DNA of 64,000 nt from Babesia bigemina (lineage: Eukaryota). How positions within the stretch are numbered: position 1 is the first letter of the stretch; every line of letters begins with the position of its first letter. The stretch is taken from the NCBI RefSeq assembly GCF_000981445.1, contig NC_027219.1, positions 744,001-808,000 on the forward strand. Reading direction: 5' to 3'. The notes under the pieces are model-generated. The model was not told the DNA's origin. It did not search any database and was given only the letters and a program-made list of their open reading frames with translations. Positions 1-10,011 of this stretch are shown piece by piece. The position numbers and the translations under genes are program-made.

Positions 1-1
1 G

Positions 2-3000
2 CTGGATGCCCTGCAACGCCAGCTGGAGGACATAGAGTACATCGACTTGGCTGAGCGCATCCTGCTGATTTACGAGAAGCTGGTGAAGGAGATTCCTGTG
101 ACCGTGGTGAAAAGCGGAGCCCTCATCACGATGATGCGGTTCATCGACTTCTTCCCGCTGGACGTGCAAGTCGGCACGCTCACGGCGATCGTGCTGGCGG
201 TGAAGCGCATCGAGCGAGGCGACAGCGTGCGCAACTTCTTGATCCCCCTCGTGCCCTACGCGACGCAGGCCCTACGGAACGGCAACAAGAAGATCGTGCA
301 ACTGGCGTGCTGCATGTGGAAGAGCATCATCAACACGATGCTTCGGGCTTCGTACAAGAACACGTCGCACTTGTCGGAGGTGATGGGCAGCATGGTGCGT
401 TCAGTGGTTTCGTGTGACGCCGTGCGGGACATGTGTACTGTAGTGTTCAAGAGCTCCGGTAAGTTGAACCGCGAGAACGTGGAAGAGTGCATCTACTGTC
501 TCGCGGTCGTGACCAACGAGTCCAACGAGTTGATGTCCCAGATAGCCACGATAGACGTGCTGCCGATTATGAGCCGCTGGCTCGGCAACAGCTGCGATAG
601 CGTGGTGCTGCGCTTGGTGGATCTCGGCCTGGCGATGCTGGGCAGCTACCACAGCATAGACCCGCTCGTCATTGACTGCAACCAGCTCTACCACCGCGCG
701 GACTACTACAGCGACTTTACGACGCACCTGCAGGCGGTTGCCGAGACTTACTCGATCCGAACCCTGGTCGACATCTTCGACAATACGGCGTCGCAGCAGC
801 TGCGCAACCGGCTGCTGCTGATGATCCTGCGTCTGTTGGAGATGGCGTGCGAGGTGCCCATTTGCGTCGGCCACGTCATCGACGACCTGCCGCTGTTTAA
901 GGTGCTCGACGCGGTGTGCTACACGCTGAGGTTCCAGAGCCAGGAGGAGCACAGCGAGGTGGCTGTGCACATCATTACGTGCCTGATGCGCCTTATGGAG
1001 CCCAGAAACATAGCCGACACCCTCGGACGATACGGCCTGTCGGCGTTGCTGAGGGTGCTTAAAAGGCCAGCGGTGCAGCACGAGGTGAGGTATATTATGG
1101 ACTCGTTACCGCCTCCCCCGACGCACATAGTGACCAAGTCAGAGTTCGAAATGATAGCAGCGATCAAGGACAACAGCGTTGCGCTGACGCACCACGAGCT
1201 CTTGCAGTACGGTTTGATGGAAATGAATTACGCAAAGTTGGTGTCGCCCAAAGCGCTGCCCGAGCTGCTGGGCTCAGTCATCAAGGATGCAGGCCAATAC
1301 TTCGCCCCGTCGGTAAATGAGGCTGGCATTAAGGCACTTTGGAGAGCCTTTGGCAGCGTTTTGGAAGCGCAGCCAGAGTTCAAGCCGCGTATCGTCAAAG
1401 ACTTTGACAGTGACGATGAGACCACGGATGGCTCTCCTATGCAGATTGGTTGGTATGAGGAGGCCATGCAACCCGAGTCGAGTGAAACCTCCAGTTTAAC
1501 CGCCTCCAGCGAGGCTTTGGCGATGCTCGATACCTGCAGTTTGACTGGCGGCTCCGTGAGCTTAAACCGCCATCCAGCGGGCGAAGGGGCTAACACTGGC
1601 GGCTCCACTTCAAGTGGAAGAGCCAATAACAGCGGTGTGGGCGCCTCAAGTTCTTCGAGTTCCAGGTCAAGGTCTTCAGGTAGACAGCTGTTGATCTCAA
1701 CCACTCCGGGTTCGGAGATGGCCTTGGTGAGCGACCTCCCCGAATGCCGGGTAAGGCCTGAGGATATACGGACCTCTCCCTCACCAATCGAGATACGTAG
1801 GACTATGCTTGGTACGCCTGGGACGTATGATTCCATAGAAGTTGTGGAACATGTCCAAGTCACACCGTTGTACGATGATGATCAGCCGCAGCAGCAGCAT
1901 CCGGCCGCGCCATCGCAACCCGTGGCCAACGAACCGACGCTTGGCGTTGCAGAAGACGGACACATGGTGCCTGTGCAAGATGCTCCCTCGGTCGTGGAAA
2001 ACCCGGCTCCAACAGATGCTCCTACAGACGCTCCTACAGATGCCCCTCAGATCTCATCTGCCGAAACACCGTCCGCAGCGGCGCCCGAGCAGTCCCGCGA
2101 AAGTAGTATTCATGCAGAACTTAATGGGGTGATTGCGCAGATGCGTGAAGATGGATTGGGTATGGAGGACGTGCTCGACTCGGTTGAGATGCTGGCTCAG
2201 CATTACCAGGACAACCCGTTGCTTAACGCCAGAACAAGGGCCAACACCACTACGGCCTCCAGGACACGTTCCCGTCGGTCTGAGAGTAGGCCAAGGAAGA
2301 ACTCGGACGATCGCACGAGAAGGAATGGGGATCAGCATAGAAAGATACTCGAAGAGCAGGCGCAGTTCCGCAACCGGTTGCGACACGCACTCAGCTTCAT
2401 CACCTCGTACACCCGAAGCGATGCGTTGCCGTATCCGCTCAACTGCGTTACCCGCGAAGTGAAGCTCCAGATCAGCTGCATCGACACCGACGAGCTGTTA
2501 GTCGGTATAGCGCCCTTGTCAATACGCACGCCGTCGCTGGTGTCGGTGTCCAAGATTGAGACCTACGTGCTGACCTACCTGAACACCCATATTAAGGAGC
2601 CCCCCAAGGATCTTGTGCTGAGCCCCAATAAAAGGGCCAGGCTGTACACGGATGATGGCAGGTTTGGGGGATACTACCTGGGTGTCCAGCTGTACTACAA
2701 GGATCGCCCTCTGGCACCCAGCATGTGCCTCTACCAGGCGCTTATCATGCTGAACGGCGGCGAGAAAGGCGCCATCTGGGAGGAAATTAACGAACTGTCT
2801 TACACCGCCACGAGGCGAGTATGTGGTCCCACCTGGAGCCTGCTGCTTTCCGGGCGCCACAGCCCCCTGGTGGCGCAACTCTGCGAAGACCGCCATAGCC
2901 CGTTCGGGCTATTTTTGGGCTTATCCAGCTACGTCAACGGCGTGGGAAAGGCGGCCTTGCCTGAGATGATCAGGGTGCTCAAGGAGCGCTTGGTCTACGT

Positions 3001-5081
3001 CGATGGCAGAGAAGATGCAGTCGAAATGCGTGCGATTCTGAATGAGGTGATGAAGATTCGGCCGCCGGCCGATGCATCGTCCAGGTTTTCGTTGGACGCT
3101 GATGCTACCGAATCATTTAACGGAATGACAATATCGTCAGTTGACAAGAAGAGCAAACCAGTCAAGCATGCCGACATTAACACACCCGAGATGGACTACT
3201 ACGTCGATTGCGTCGCTCAAGCTTTGGAGCGCATGGACGAGATCCTTAGCGGGAGGACGAGCGATGACGTGCTGATTGCCACGAGGTTGACGGCTGGAGA
3301 GGAATCCGAGCTTAGTGAGGACTCCCGCAACCAACTGCAGATGATGGTGGTGATCTACACGTTAATGACGGAATTGAGCCTGTTCCTTGACGAGGACCCG
3401 ATACGTGTGCCATTCTCCAAGAGGATGACTTTCGGGATGCTGAACCTGCTGAGCAACGTTGGGGAGGCGTTGTGCTACCACACCCCGTCCTGGTTCGTCC
3501 AACTGATGCTCATCTGCCCGTACATGTTCTCGTTTGAAACACGCCGCATGATATTCGACGTGTTGGCTACTGGCCCCCACAGGTTGATGTCACAGTTCCA
3601 GACCCGCTTGTGCGCGCTTTTCGACACGGGCACTGTGTTCTCCAAGTATAGCGAGGCGCACACCGCGGACAGTCTCGATGAGATCCTCCGTCAGCGGTTG
3701 TTCACGCATAAAACCGTTAAACCATCGGCGCTCGTTGACATCGAAACCACATTGCGGCTGCCAAAGCTGAAGGCCTCGTGCTCCAGGCTCCATGTCGTGC
3801 GGGATGCCATGATAATCATGGATCAGGTGGCGCGCTCGGTGGCTGACCTCGACGCAGTGCCGCGCCTTGAGATCGAGTTCGACGGTGAGACCGGTACGGG
3901 CTCGGGTCCAGCTCAGGAATTCTACACCATGGTCATCGAATCCATTTTGGGGGCCGAGTCCAACGGCTGTTCGCCCGTGGAGGTGATCAACGGATACGTC
4001 TACCCCAAAGTTTACCATCCCCCCAGCGATTGGGTCGACGACTTTGACCTATCAGTGTTCAAGCGGGCCAGTAAGTGCACGATGAATGGCCGTGCGGCGG
4101 ACGGCTACGGTCCGATCATAGAAGAGATGATGGATGACAACGTAACCACCAGGGTCTTCCGGTTGTTCAAGCTGCTTGGCCAGATGTGTGCCTCCGCCAT
4201 GCTGGACAACAAACTTTTGGAGTTTAACTTGCACCCCTTGTTCTGGAAGCTCTGCCAGAACCCCTACTCTCCCAAGAACTGCTCTATGTACGCGTTGAGC
4301 GCCGTTGACCCGATGTTGGCTTGTTCGTTGACCAACCTGCTCACGTACGAAAATGTGGCTGACGCTGGGTTGTATTTCATGTACCAAGGTATTCCCCTGG
4401 TTGAAGGCGGTGAAAATGTGCTTGTTACCACCGAGAATGTGATAGATTACGTCCGTGGTGTCATTCGGGTGCGCCTGTACGACGGCATCCGGCTGGCCGT
4501 GTGGTCGTTCCGCATGGGTTTCGCCATGATGGTACCGGTGGACTCGCTGGCGCTGTTCACCCCTCTCGAGCTCGCCGATGAAATCTTCAGCACCGGCGAT
4601 AATGACGCCTTCTGGACGCGTGATCATCTGCTGACGAACATTGTACCCGACCACGGGTACGAGTCTACGTCAGCGCCATACCAGACGCTGATCAACGTGC
4701 TCACGGAACTCTCGGAGGACGAGCGCCGCAAGTTCCTGCGCTTCTGCACGGGAGCGCCCACGCTACCCAAGGAAGGATTCGCGGGACTACGGTAAGTTTG
4801 CAACTGCGTGAGTGACTGCTTAGTTGTGGCGTGTCTATGTTGTACATTATTCCCGAAATGACCGGTGTGTGTGATTTGCTGCGATTGCGATATTTTGGTG
4901 GTAACGATTGTGCAGGCCCCTCATGCGAGTGGTGAAGAAATGCGACAGCTCCAACGATCTTCCTAGCGTCATGACATGCTCCAACTATCTCAAGCTTCCC
5001 GAGTACGAAGACCTCGACCTCGTGAAAACGAAGCTGCTCCAGGCCATTGCGGAGGGGCAGGGTTCATTCTACCTCTCCTGA
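2..5081 (+). CDS. UFD4: HECT E3 ubiquitin ligase, Ufd4/TRIP12/UPL3-like (5' end outside window); intron 4792-4915
   Basis: Frame is open from position 2 (…IEYIDLAE…, armadillo-type N-terminus). HECT motifs LEIEFDGETGTGSGPAQEFY and FLRFCTGAPTLP are present. Splicing the GTAAGT…TGCAG intron gives RPLMRVVKK…LPSVMTCSNYLKLPEY…EGQGSFYLS*, which includes the catalytic Cys. Confidence 0.93.
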
Positions 5082-5981
5082 ACTGCCGTGCTGTGACACG
5101 AAGGTCTTATAAGCCTCAGACAGCTGTTTCAGGTACGCGGCATCCGCCTTAGAAGTGCTTTGCGCCCGCGCTTGCGGGTTCCGGATCCCCTCTAGCAAAT
5201 GTTTCAGTCTCCTGCTCTCGTCCACCGTCGCCCCCCGGTCGTCCATGACGGCCTGTACCAGTCTTGCCACCTTTGGCCCTGTACATAATAATCTAATGCT
5301 AGGGAATACTCACTTCCGGAGGCGCTGAGCGCGCCTTTGAAATAGCGGTCCAGCAGTGCGACCACCGTGTTGAAGTGGTCTTGGTCGGTTACGGCGTTGC
5401 GGAGCTCGTCGTAGAGCTCCGTTTCCAAGATTATGTGCTCCCTAAGTGTCTCGTCGTCGGCTGGGTAACTCCCCCACCCTACAGGGTGTGCGTCCAGCGT
5501 GAACAGAAAAACGAACCCCGCAGGGGCGAAGTCGTCGCGCTCTCCATGTCGTCGGCTTGCGTCTCGGCGTCCGTCTGCATCGAGGCAGACGGGGGTAGCT
5601 GCGCTACCCCGAGCATAGCCTGGCCCATCGCCGAGCGGAAGACGTCCAGCTTCCGCGCGTCCTCCCCTGCTAGGCGTGTGCGACCCGGGCGGCCAACCTA
5701 CCGTTCTGCGGCATGGGCATCATCAGCGGGGAGAACCCCGCCATCATGCCCATCGGCGGAGCGATCGGGACGGGCGGCACCATGGGAATGGGCGAAGAAG
5801 CGCCCGCCCACATCTTAGGCGAGGCTAGTGCCGCCTCGGCCGCCGCCGCGTTGTCGGCGACCATCGCGGGATCGCACGGCATGGCCCATGAGAACCCCGG
5901 GCGCCGCTTGACCATCTGTTCCATGTCACACTCGTCGTCAAGCCCAGACATGACGTCCCTGCCGCGCGTAAGTGACGCCAT
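5064..5981 (-). CDS. Hypothetical protein, 4 exons, Pro/Met-rich N-terminus
   Basis: ORF pieces 5670-5981, 5204-5428 and 5064-5270 join in frame across three short GT-AG introns (donors near 5701, 5516 and 5313). No family recognised. Confidence 0.6.
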
Positions 5982-6233
5982 AGTGGTCGGCAGACAGCTC
6001 TGGTGTGTATGCCGTATAAGGCAGTATCTGCGGGGAACAGTGGGCAGCTAGATGCCTAAGGGTGTGGGAGTTAGGGACAGGACAAATTTGGAAAAAATCG
6101 CCGAACCTTTTCCTGTGACGCAGCGGAAGGCGGGGCAAGTCGCCTAGTTGGGCTCCGTCGCAACCGCCACAGCGCGACGCCACCGCTCACGACGTTAAAT
6201 TCCGACCAAATATACCACGCAGATTTGTCGCAA

Positions 6234-8726
6234 ATGACGCAGGAGATCGTTGTGCAGAGCGCCGACTCAGGTGCGGGCGCGTCACTAGACATGGCGCAGG
6301 GCGACACTGCGAAGGCCCCGGGCGGCCGGCTGGGCTGGCGATCGCGTTGTCGCGAGATGCAGGGGGTGTCTAGGCGCAAAAAGGCCGACAAGCAGGGCGC
6401 TGCCGGCGACCAGCCCAGGGAGCGCGTGTCCTACTCCGACGAGATAGCCAACAACCCGGAGTTCGAACGCTACTACCAAGACCAGCGCATCTGCCCGCCT
6501 GAGGAGTGGGAGGCGTTCATGGCCGCCTGCAGAAGGTCGATACCGATCTCGTTCAGGATTAACACCTCCGCCCACCTCTGGCGGCACACGATCCGCAGGC
6601 TGGCGGCGCTGAGCCGCACACATGACGACCTCTGCCTGACAGTCGGGCTGTCGTACACCCCGGAGGTGCCGGATCTCGACCCGGGCACGTCGCTCTGCTA
6701 CCAGCTCAAGCCGGACAAGTCGTCGCTGCGCAAGAACGACAAGGTCACAGAGTTCCGCCGGTGCCTGATCGACGAGGACAACCGCGGCGCGGTGATGCGC
6801 CAGGAGCTCGTCAGCATGCTGCCCGTGATCTACCTGGACCCGCAGCCGCACGAGAACATCGTCGACCTCTGTGCTGCGCCGGGGATGAAGTTCCTGCAGA
6901 TTCTGGACACCGTCAACACTGCGCTGCAGTACCGCGACAGGCAGCCCCCGTGCTCCAATCGCGGCGTGATCATCGGCAACGATGTGTGCCAGCACCGGGT
7001 GTCCACGCTGAGTCACCACATGAAAACCGTGAGCTGCCCCTCGGCGGCGGTGACCAACTTCGATGGTGGGTGGACACAACAGACCATACATACCTTCGCA
7101 GCCTCGCGCTTCCCCTACCTCCACGGCGCTAGCGGCGAGAAGCTGCTGTTCGACCGCGTGCTCGCGGACGTGCCGTGCAGCTGCGATGGCACCACCCGCA
7201 AGGCACCCGAGCTGTGGAGCACCTGGAAGGCGACCTCGGGGCTGCATATGCACCGGCTGCAGCTGTCGATCGTGAAACGGGCGTTGCAGCTGCTCAAGCC
7301 CGGCGGCGTCATGGTCTACTCGACGTGCTCGCTCAACCCGCTGGAGAACGAGGCCATTGCCAGCTACGTGGCGTCGGAGGGACGCCGTGAGCACGGCGTC
7401 GAGTTGCAGCCTCTGCAGCCGCTTCCTAACTTCAAAGTGTCGCCAGGACTCACCGAGTGGCTGGTGCCCAACCCCGACGGCGGCTATTTCAAGTCGTACG
7501 ACGAGGTCCCAGCGCCACTGAGGCCCCGGGTGTACGCCAGCATGTTCAGGTCACCCGAGTGGGGGGAGGAGCAGGCTAGGTGTGTGATGCGCGTTCTGCC
7601 ACACCAAAACGACACCGGCGGCTTCTTCCTCTTCAAGGTGCGTAAGGCGCACAGCGCAATGCCAGCCAACCACGGAGAACGTCCGCAGGAGATCAGGCCC
7701 ATCAACGTAGTGATGCCGCAACCGCGGCCCTCGGTCGCGCTCAAGCGCGGCGCCAAACTGCTCCACGACTACGTGCGCCACTGCGACGTCTTTCCAGACA
7801 TGTTCGACACCATCTGCCGCTTCTATGGTATCGACGGGGATAAGCGCACGGCGTTCGGGCGCGTGCTGGTCACCAAGCGCTACTGCCAGAAAAATTGCTT
7901 CCTCGTGGGCGCCGTGGATTCAGCTGCGCTGTTCCAGAAACGTAAAAGCCAGAAGGCGCAACAGCGTGAAGGCGCCAGCAGCACCCGCGCGGAATCGCCG
8001 GTCGCCAGCGGTGAGCTGCAAGACGTCCAAGAGGCCAACGCGGGCCAACCTGAGGCATTAGATGCCGTAAAGGACGAACACGAAGAAACCAAGAGTGAAG
8101 CGGGGTCCGAATCCGTTGACAATGCGGAAGACGCTGCCCAAGCGGCAACGAACACGGATAACAAGTGCTGGGAGCCGTGCCGCTACGCCCAGCTGGGCAC
8201 CCGGGTCCTCGCGAAGATGACCTCGAAGGCGACGTTGGACTCGCCGTGTGAGATGCGGATATCGCAGGAGGGCTGTTTGGCCGTGCTGGAGTTTATTAGC
8301 CGCCGCGTGGCCTTCGCGAACGCCGCCTTCTGCGCCGATTTCAAGGAGAGCATGCCCGTCCAGGAGCTGCTGAAACACGAGCAGCTCGGCAACATACAGG
8401 GCCTCGACTCGTGCCGACAGTCGGGAAAGCTGGAGAGCGGAGGGTGTGTCGTGATCATTGTGCCCGCCTGGGGCCGGGCCCGCATCCCTGCCAGTGGAGT
8501 GTCGGTCACGCTGGCCGACGGAGTCGTGGTAAACCGCCACAAGACGCCGGATGCCGAGACGGCAGCCACGGACGACCGCCAGACGGCGGCGTCGGTTTCG
8601 GACATCATGGACGTCATACCGCTGTCGTGCATCATCTCCGACATGGGCACGCTGCTGGCGTACGCCTCGCCGCAGGTGCTTAAGCTGCTGCAGTCGGTGG
8701 CCAGCGAAACGAACGAGAACAATTAA
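6234..8726 (+). CDS. NSUN2: RNA cytosine-C5 methyltransferase, NSUN2/Trm4-like; probable 36-nt in-frame intron 7066-7101
   Basis: Motifs RQELVSMLP, DLCAAPG, FDRVLADVPCSCDGT, VYSTCSLNPLENEA and RVLPHQNDTGGFF. Confidence 0.92.
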   Translation: MTQEIVVQSADSGAGASLDMAQGDTAKAPGGRLGWRSRCREMQGVSRRKKADKQGAAGDQPRERVSYSDEIANNPEFERYYQDQRICPPEEWEAFMAACRRSIPISFRINTSAHLWRHTIRRLAALSRTHDDLCLTVGLSYTPEVPDLDPGTSLCYQLKPDKSSLRKNDKVTEFRRCLIDEDNRGAVMRQELVSMLPVIYLDPQPHENIVDLCAAPGMKFLQILDTVNTALQYRDRQPPCSNRGVIIGNDVCQHRVSTLSHHMKTVSCPSAAVTNFDGGWTQQTIHTFAASRFPYLHGASGEKLLFDRVLADVPCSCDGTTRKAPELWSTWKATSGLHMHRLQLSIVKRALQLLKPGGVMVYSTCSLNPLENEAIASYVASEGRREHGVELQPLQPLPNFKVSPGLTEWLVPNPDGGYFKSYDEVPAPLRPRVYASMFRSPEWGEEQARCVMRVLPHQNDTGGFFLFKVRKAHSAMPANHGERPQEIRPINVVMPQPRPSVALKRGAKLLHDYVRHCDVFPDMFDTICRFYGIDGDKRTAFGRVLVTKRYCQKNCFLVGAVDSAALFQKRKSQKAQQREGASSTRAESPVASGELQDVQEANAGQPEALDAVKDEHEETKSEAGSESVDNAEDAAQAATNTDNKCWEPCRYAQLGTRVLAKMTSKATLDSPCEMRISQEGCLAVLEFISRRVAFANAAFCADFKESMPVQELLKHEQLGNIQGLDSCRQSGKLESGGCVVIIVPAWGRARIPASGVSVTLADGVVVNRHKTPDAETAATDDRQTAASVSDIMDVIPLSCIISDMGTLLAYASPQVLKLLQSVASETNENN

Positions 8727-8755
8727 TCTACAATGTCACTGGCGGCTTTACGCGT

Positions 8756-9904
8756 CTACATGTTCATATACTGCGACTCGCGGTTGAACTCCTCCACGTG
8801 CTTCTTGATGTCCTCGAAAATGGAGTACAGCCGCACCTTGTGACCGGGCAGCCACTGCGCCTCGGAGTAAGCCTCGATCTCGCCGAGCGAGTCCCTGTTG
8901 AGGGTGAGGATGGTGTCGAGCGTGTCGAATCCGGCGTTGGTGAAGTGGCAGGCCACCTGGACGGGCAGGTGGAAGTAGTTGAAGAACTGCAGCACCTTCA
9001 AGCGGTTGGCCTCGAGCTCGGGGTCTGGATGCATGTGTAGCGTTGCGACAATCGGCGGCAGCAGTGCAGCGGTGTTGGTGGTACAGGCACAATTACAAGA
9101 CAGACTAAAATAGACACTCACTGGCAGATCAATAGACACTCACGGGTAGAGCGATAGACACTCACTGGCAGATCAATAGACACTCACTGGCAGATCAATA
9201 GACACTCACTGGCAGATCACATCGACGGTTACACCGCTCAGCAAATGCAACCGGGAATTCACCACGACAACAGTCGCGTGCCAACCATAAGCACGTGAAC
9301 ATACATGTATACACAGCGACGCAGGAGACATCCGAGTGTTACACAGAGCGCCGTGAAACACCTCCGCTGCACATGGAGCACGGGAGACAATCTCACATTT
9401 CAAGCGCATACACACATTAGAACATAGGTAATAGACGTGCGTAACGGTCTACGAAACCCACATGCACTTCAGCAAGATTCTCACACAGCATTGCAAGGCA
9501 TGGCGGCGCCAAGATCATGGAGCGGAGAGAGGCCGTATTAAGTCACACATTAGACATGCATCGGTACACCTTAACACACGCATTCTATGCAGCTGCGAAA
9601 TGAGGCTTACCGGATTTCCAGAGCTTCGAGAAGCCGTGCAGGTGGTCCGGGTAATGCTCGCAGAGGAAGTCTACGACGAACTTGATGATGTTCTTCGGCT
9701 GCTTTTTAGCAATCGCCTGCGTGCGATCAGCGGCGTGCGGGGCGCGCTCACCTCGTTGATGTGCTCGAAGATATCCTCCACAAGTTGGTTGTCCAGCGGC
9801 TCGGCCTCGGGGCGCGCAGGCTGCGGTTTGCGCAACTCCGATATAGCCTGGCGCACCAGCGAGTTCACGTCATCCTGTATCTCCAACATCTGGCACTCTA
9901 CCAT
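8756..9904 (-). CDS. PhIL1: PhIL1-like inner membrane complex protein; exons 9904-9752, 9716-9611, 9024-8756
   Basis: Spliced product reads …QPKNIIKFVVDFLCEHYPDHLHGFSKLWKSDPELEANRLKVLQFF…GFDTLDTILTL…WLPGHKVRL, matching apicomplexan PhIL1 as I recall it. Intron phases are consistent. Confidence 0.75.
9109..9218. repeat. Minisatellite, 5 x 22 bp (AATAGACACTCACTGGCAGATC), in PhIL1 intron 2
   Basis: Copies start at 9109, 9131 (variant), 9153 (1 mismatch), 9175 and 9197. Confidence 0.95.
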
Positions 9905-10011
9905 TTTCAACGATATTGACCGTGAAATGCCAATGTTGTCTGGTTACGGTGGAGGTCAGTGTGTGGGGAAGCGAACGCCTGCAATTTCGCGATGCAGCGG
10001 TTATATCTACA

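Noticed and set aside
2009..2047. 12-bp PTDA coding repeat in the HECT ligase
   Set aside because: An ordinary short repeat in a disordered linker.
6285..7394. 369-aa antisense ORF, and similar long shadow ORFs (12143-13225, 39571-40425, 49476-50174)
   Set aside because: They overlap well-supported genes and are explained by GC-rich codon bias or repeats; no recognisable motifs.
9109..9218. 22-bp repeats as a CRISPR array
   Set aside because: The repeats are head-to-tail with no spacers, lie in a eukaryotic intron, and have no cas genes nearby.
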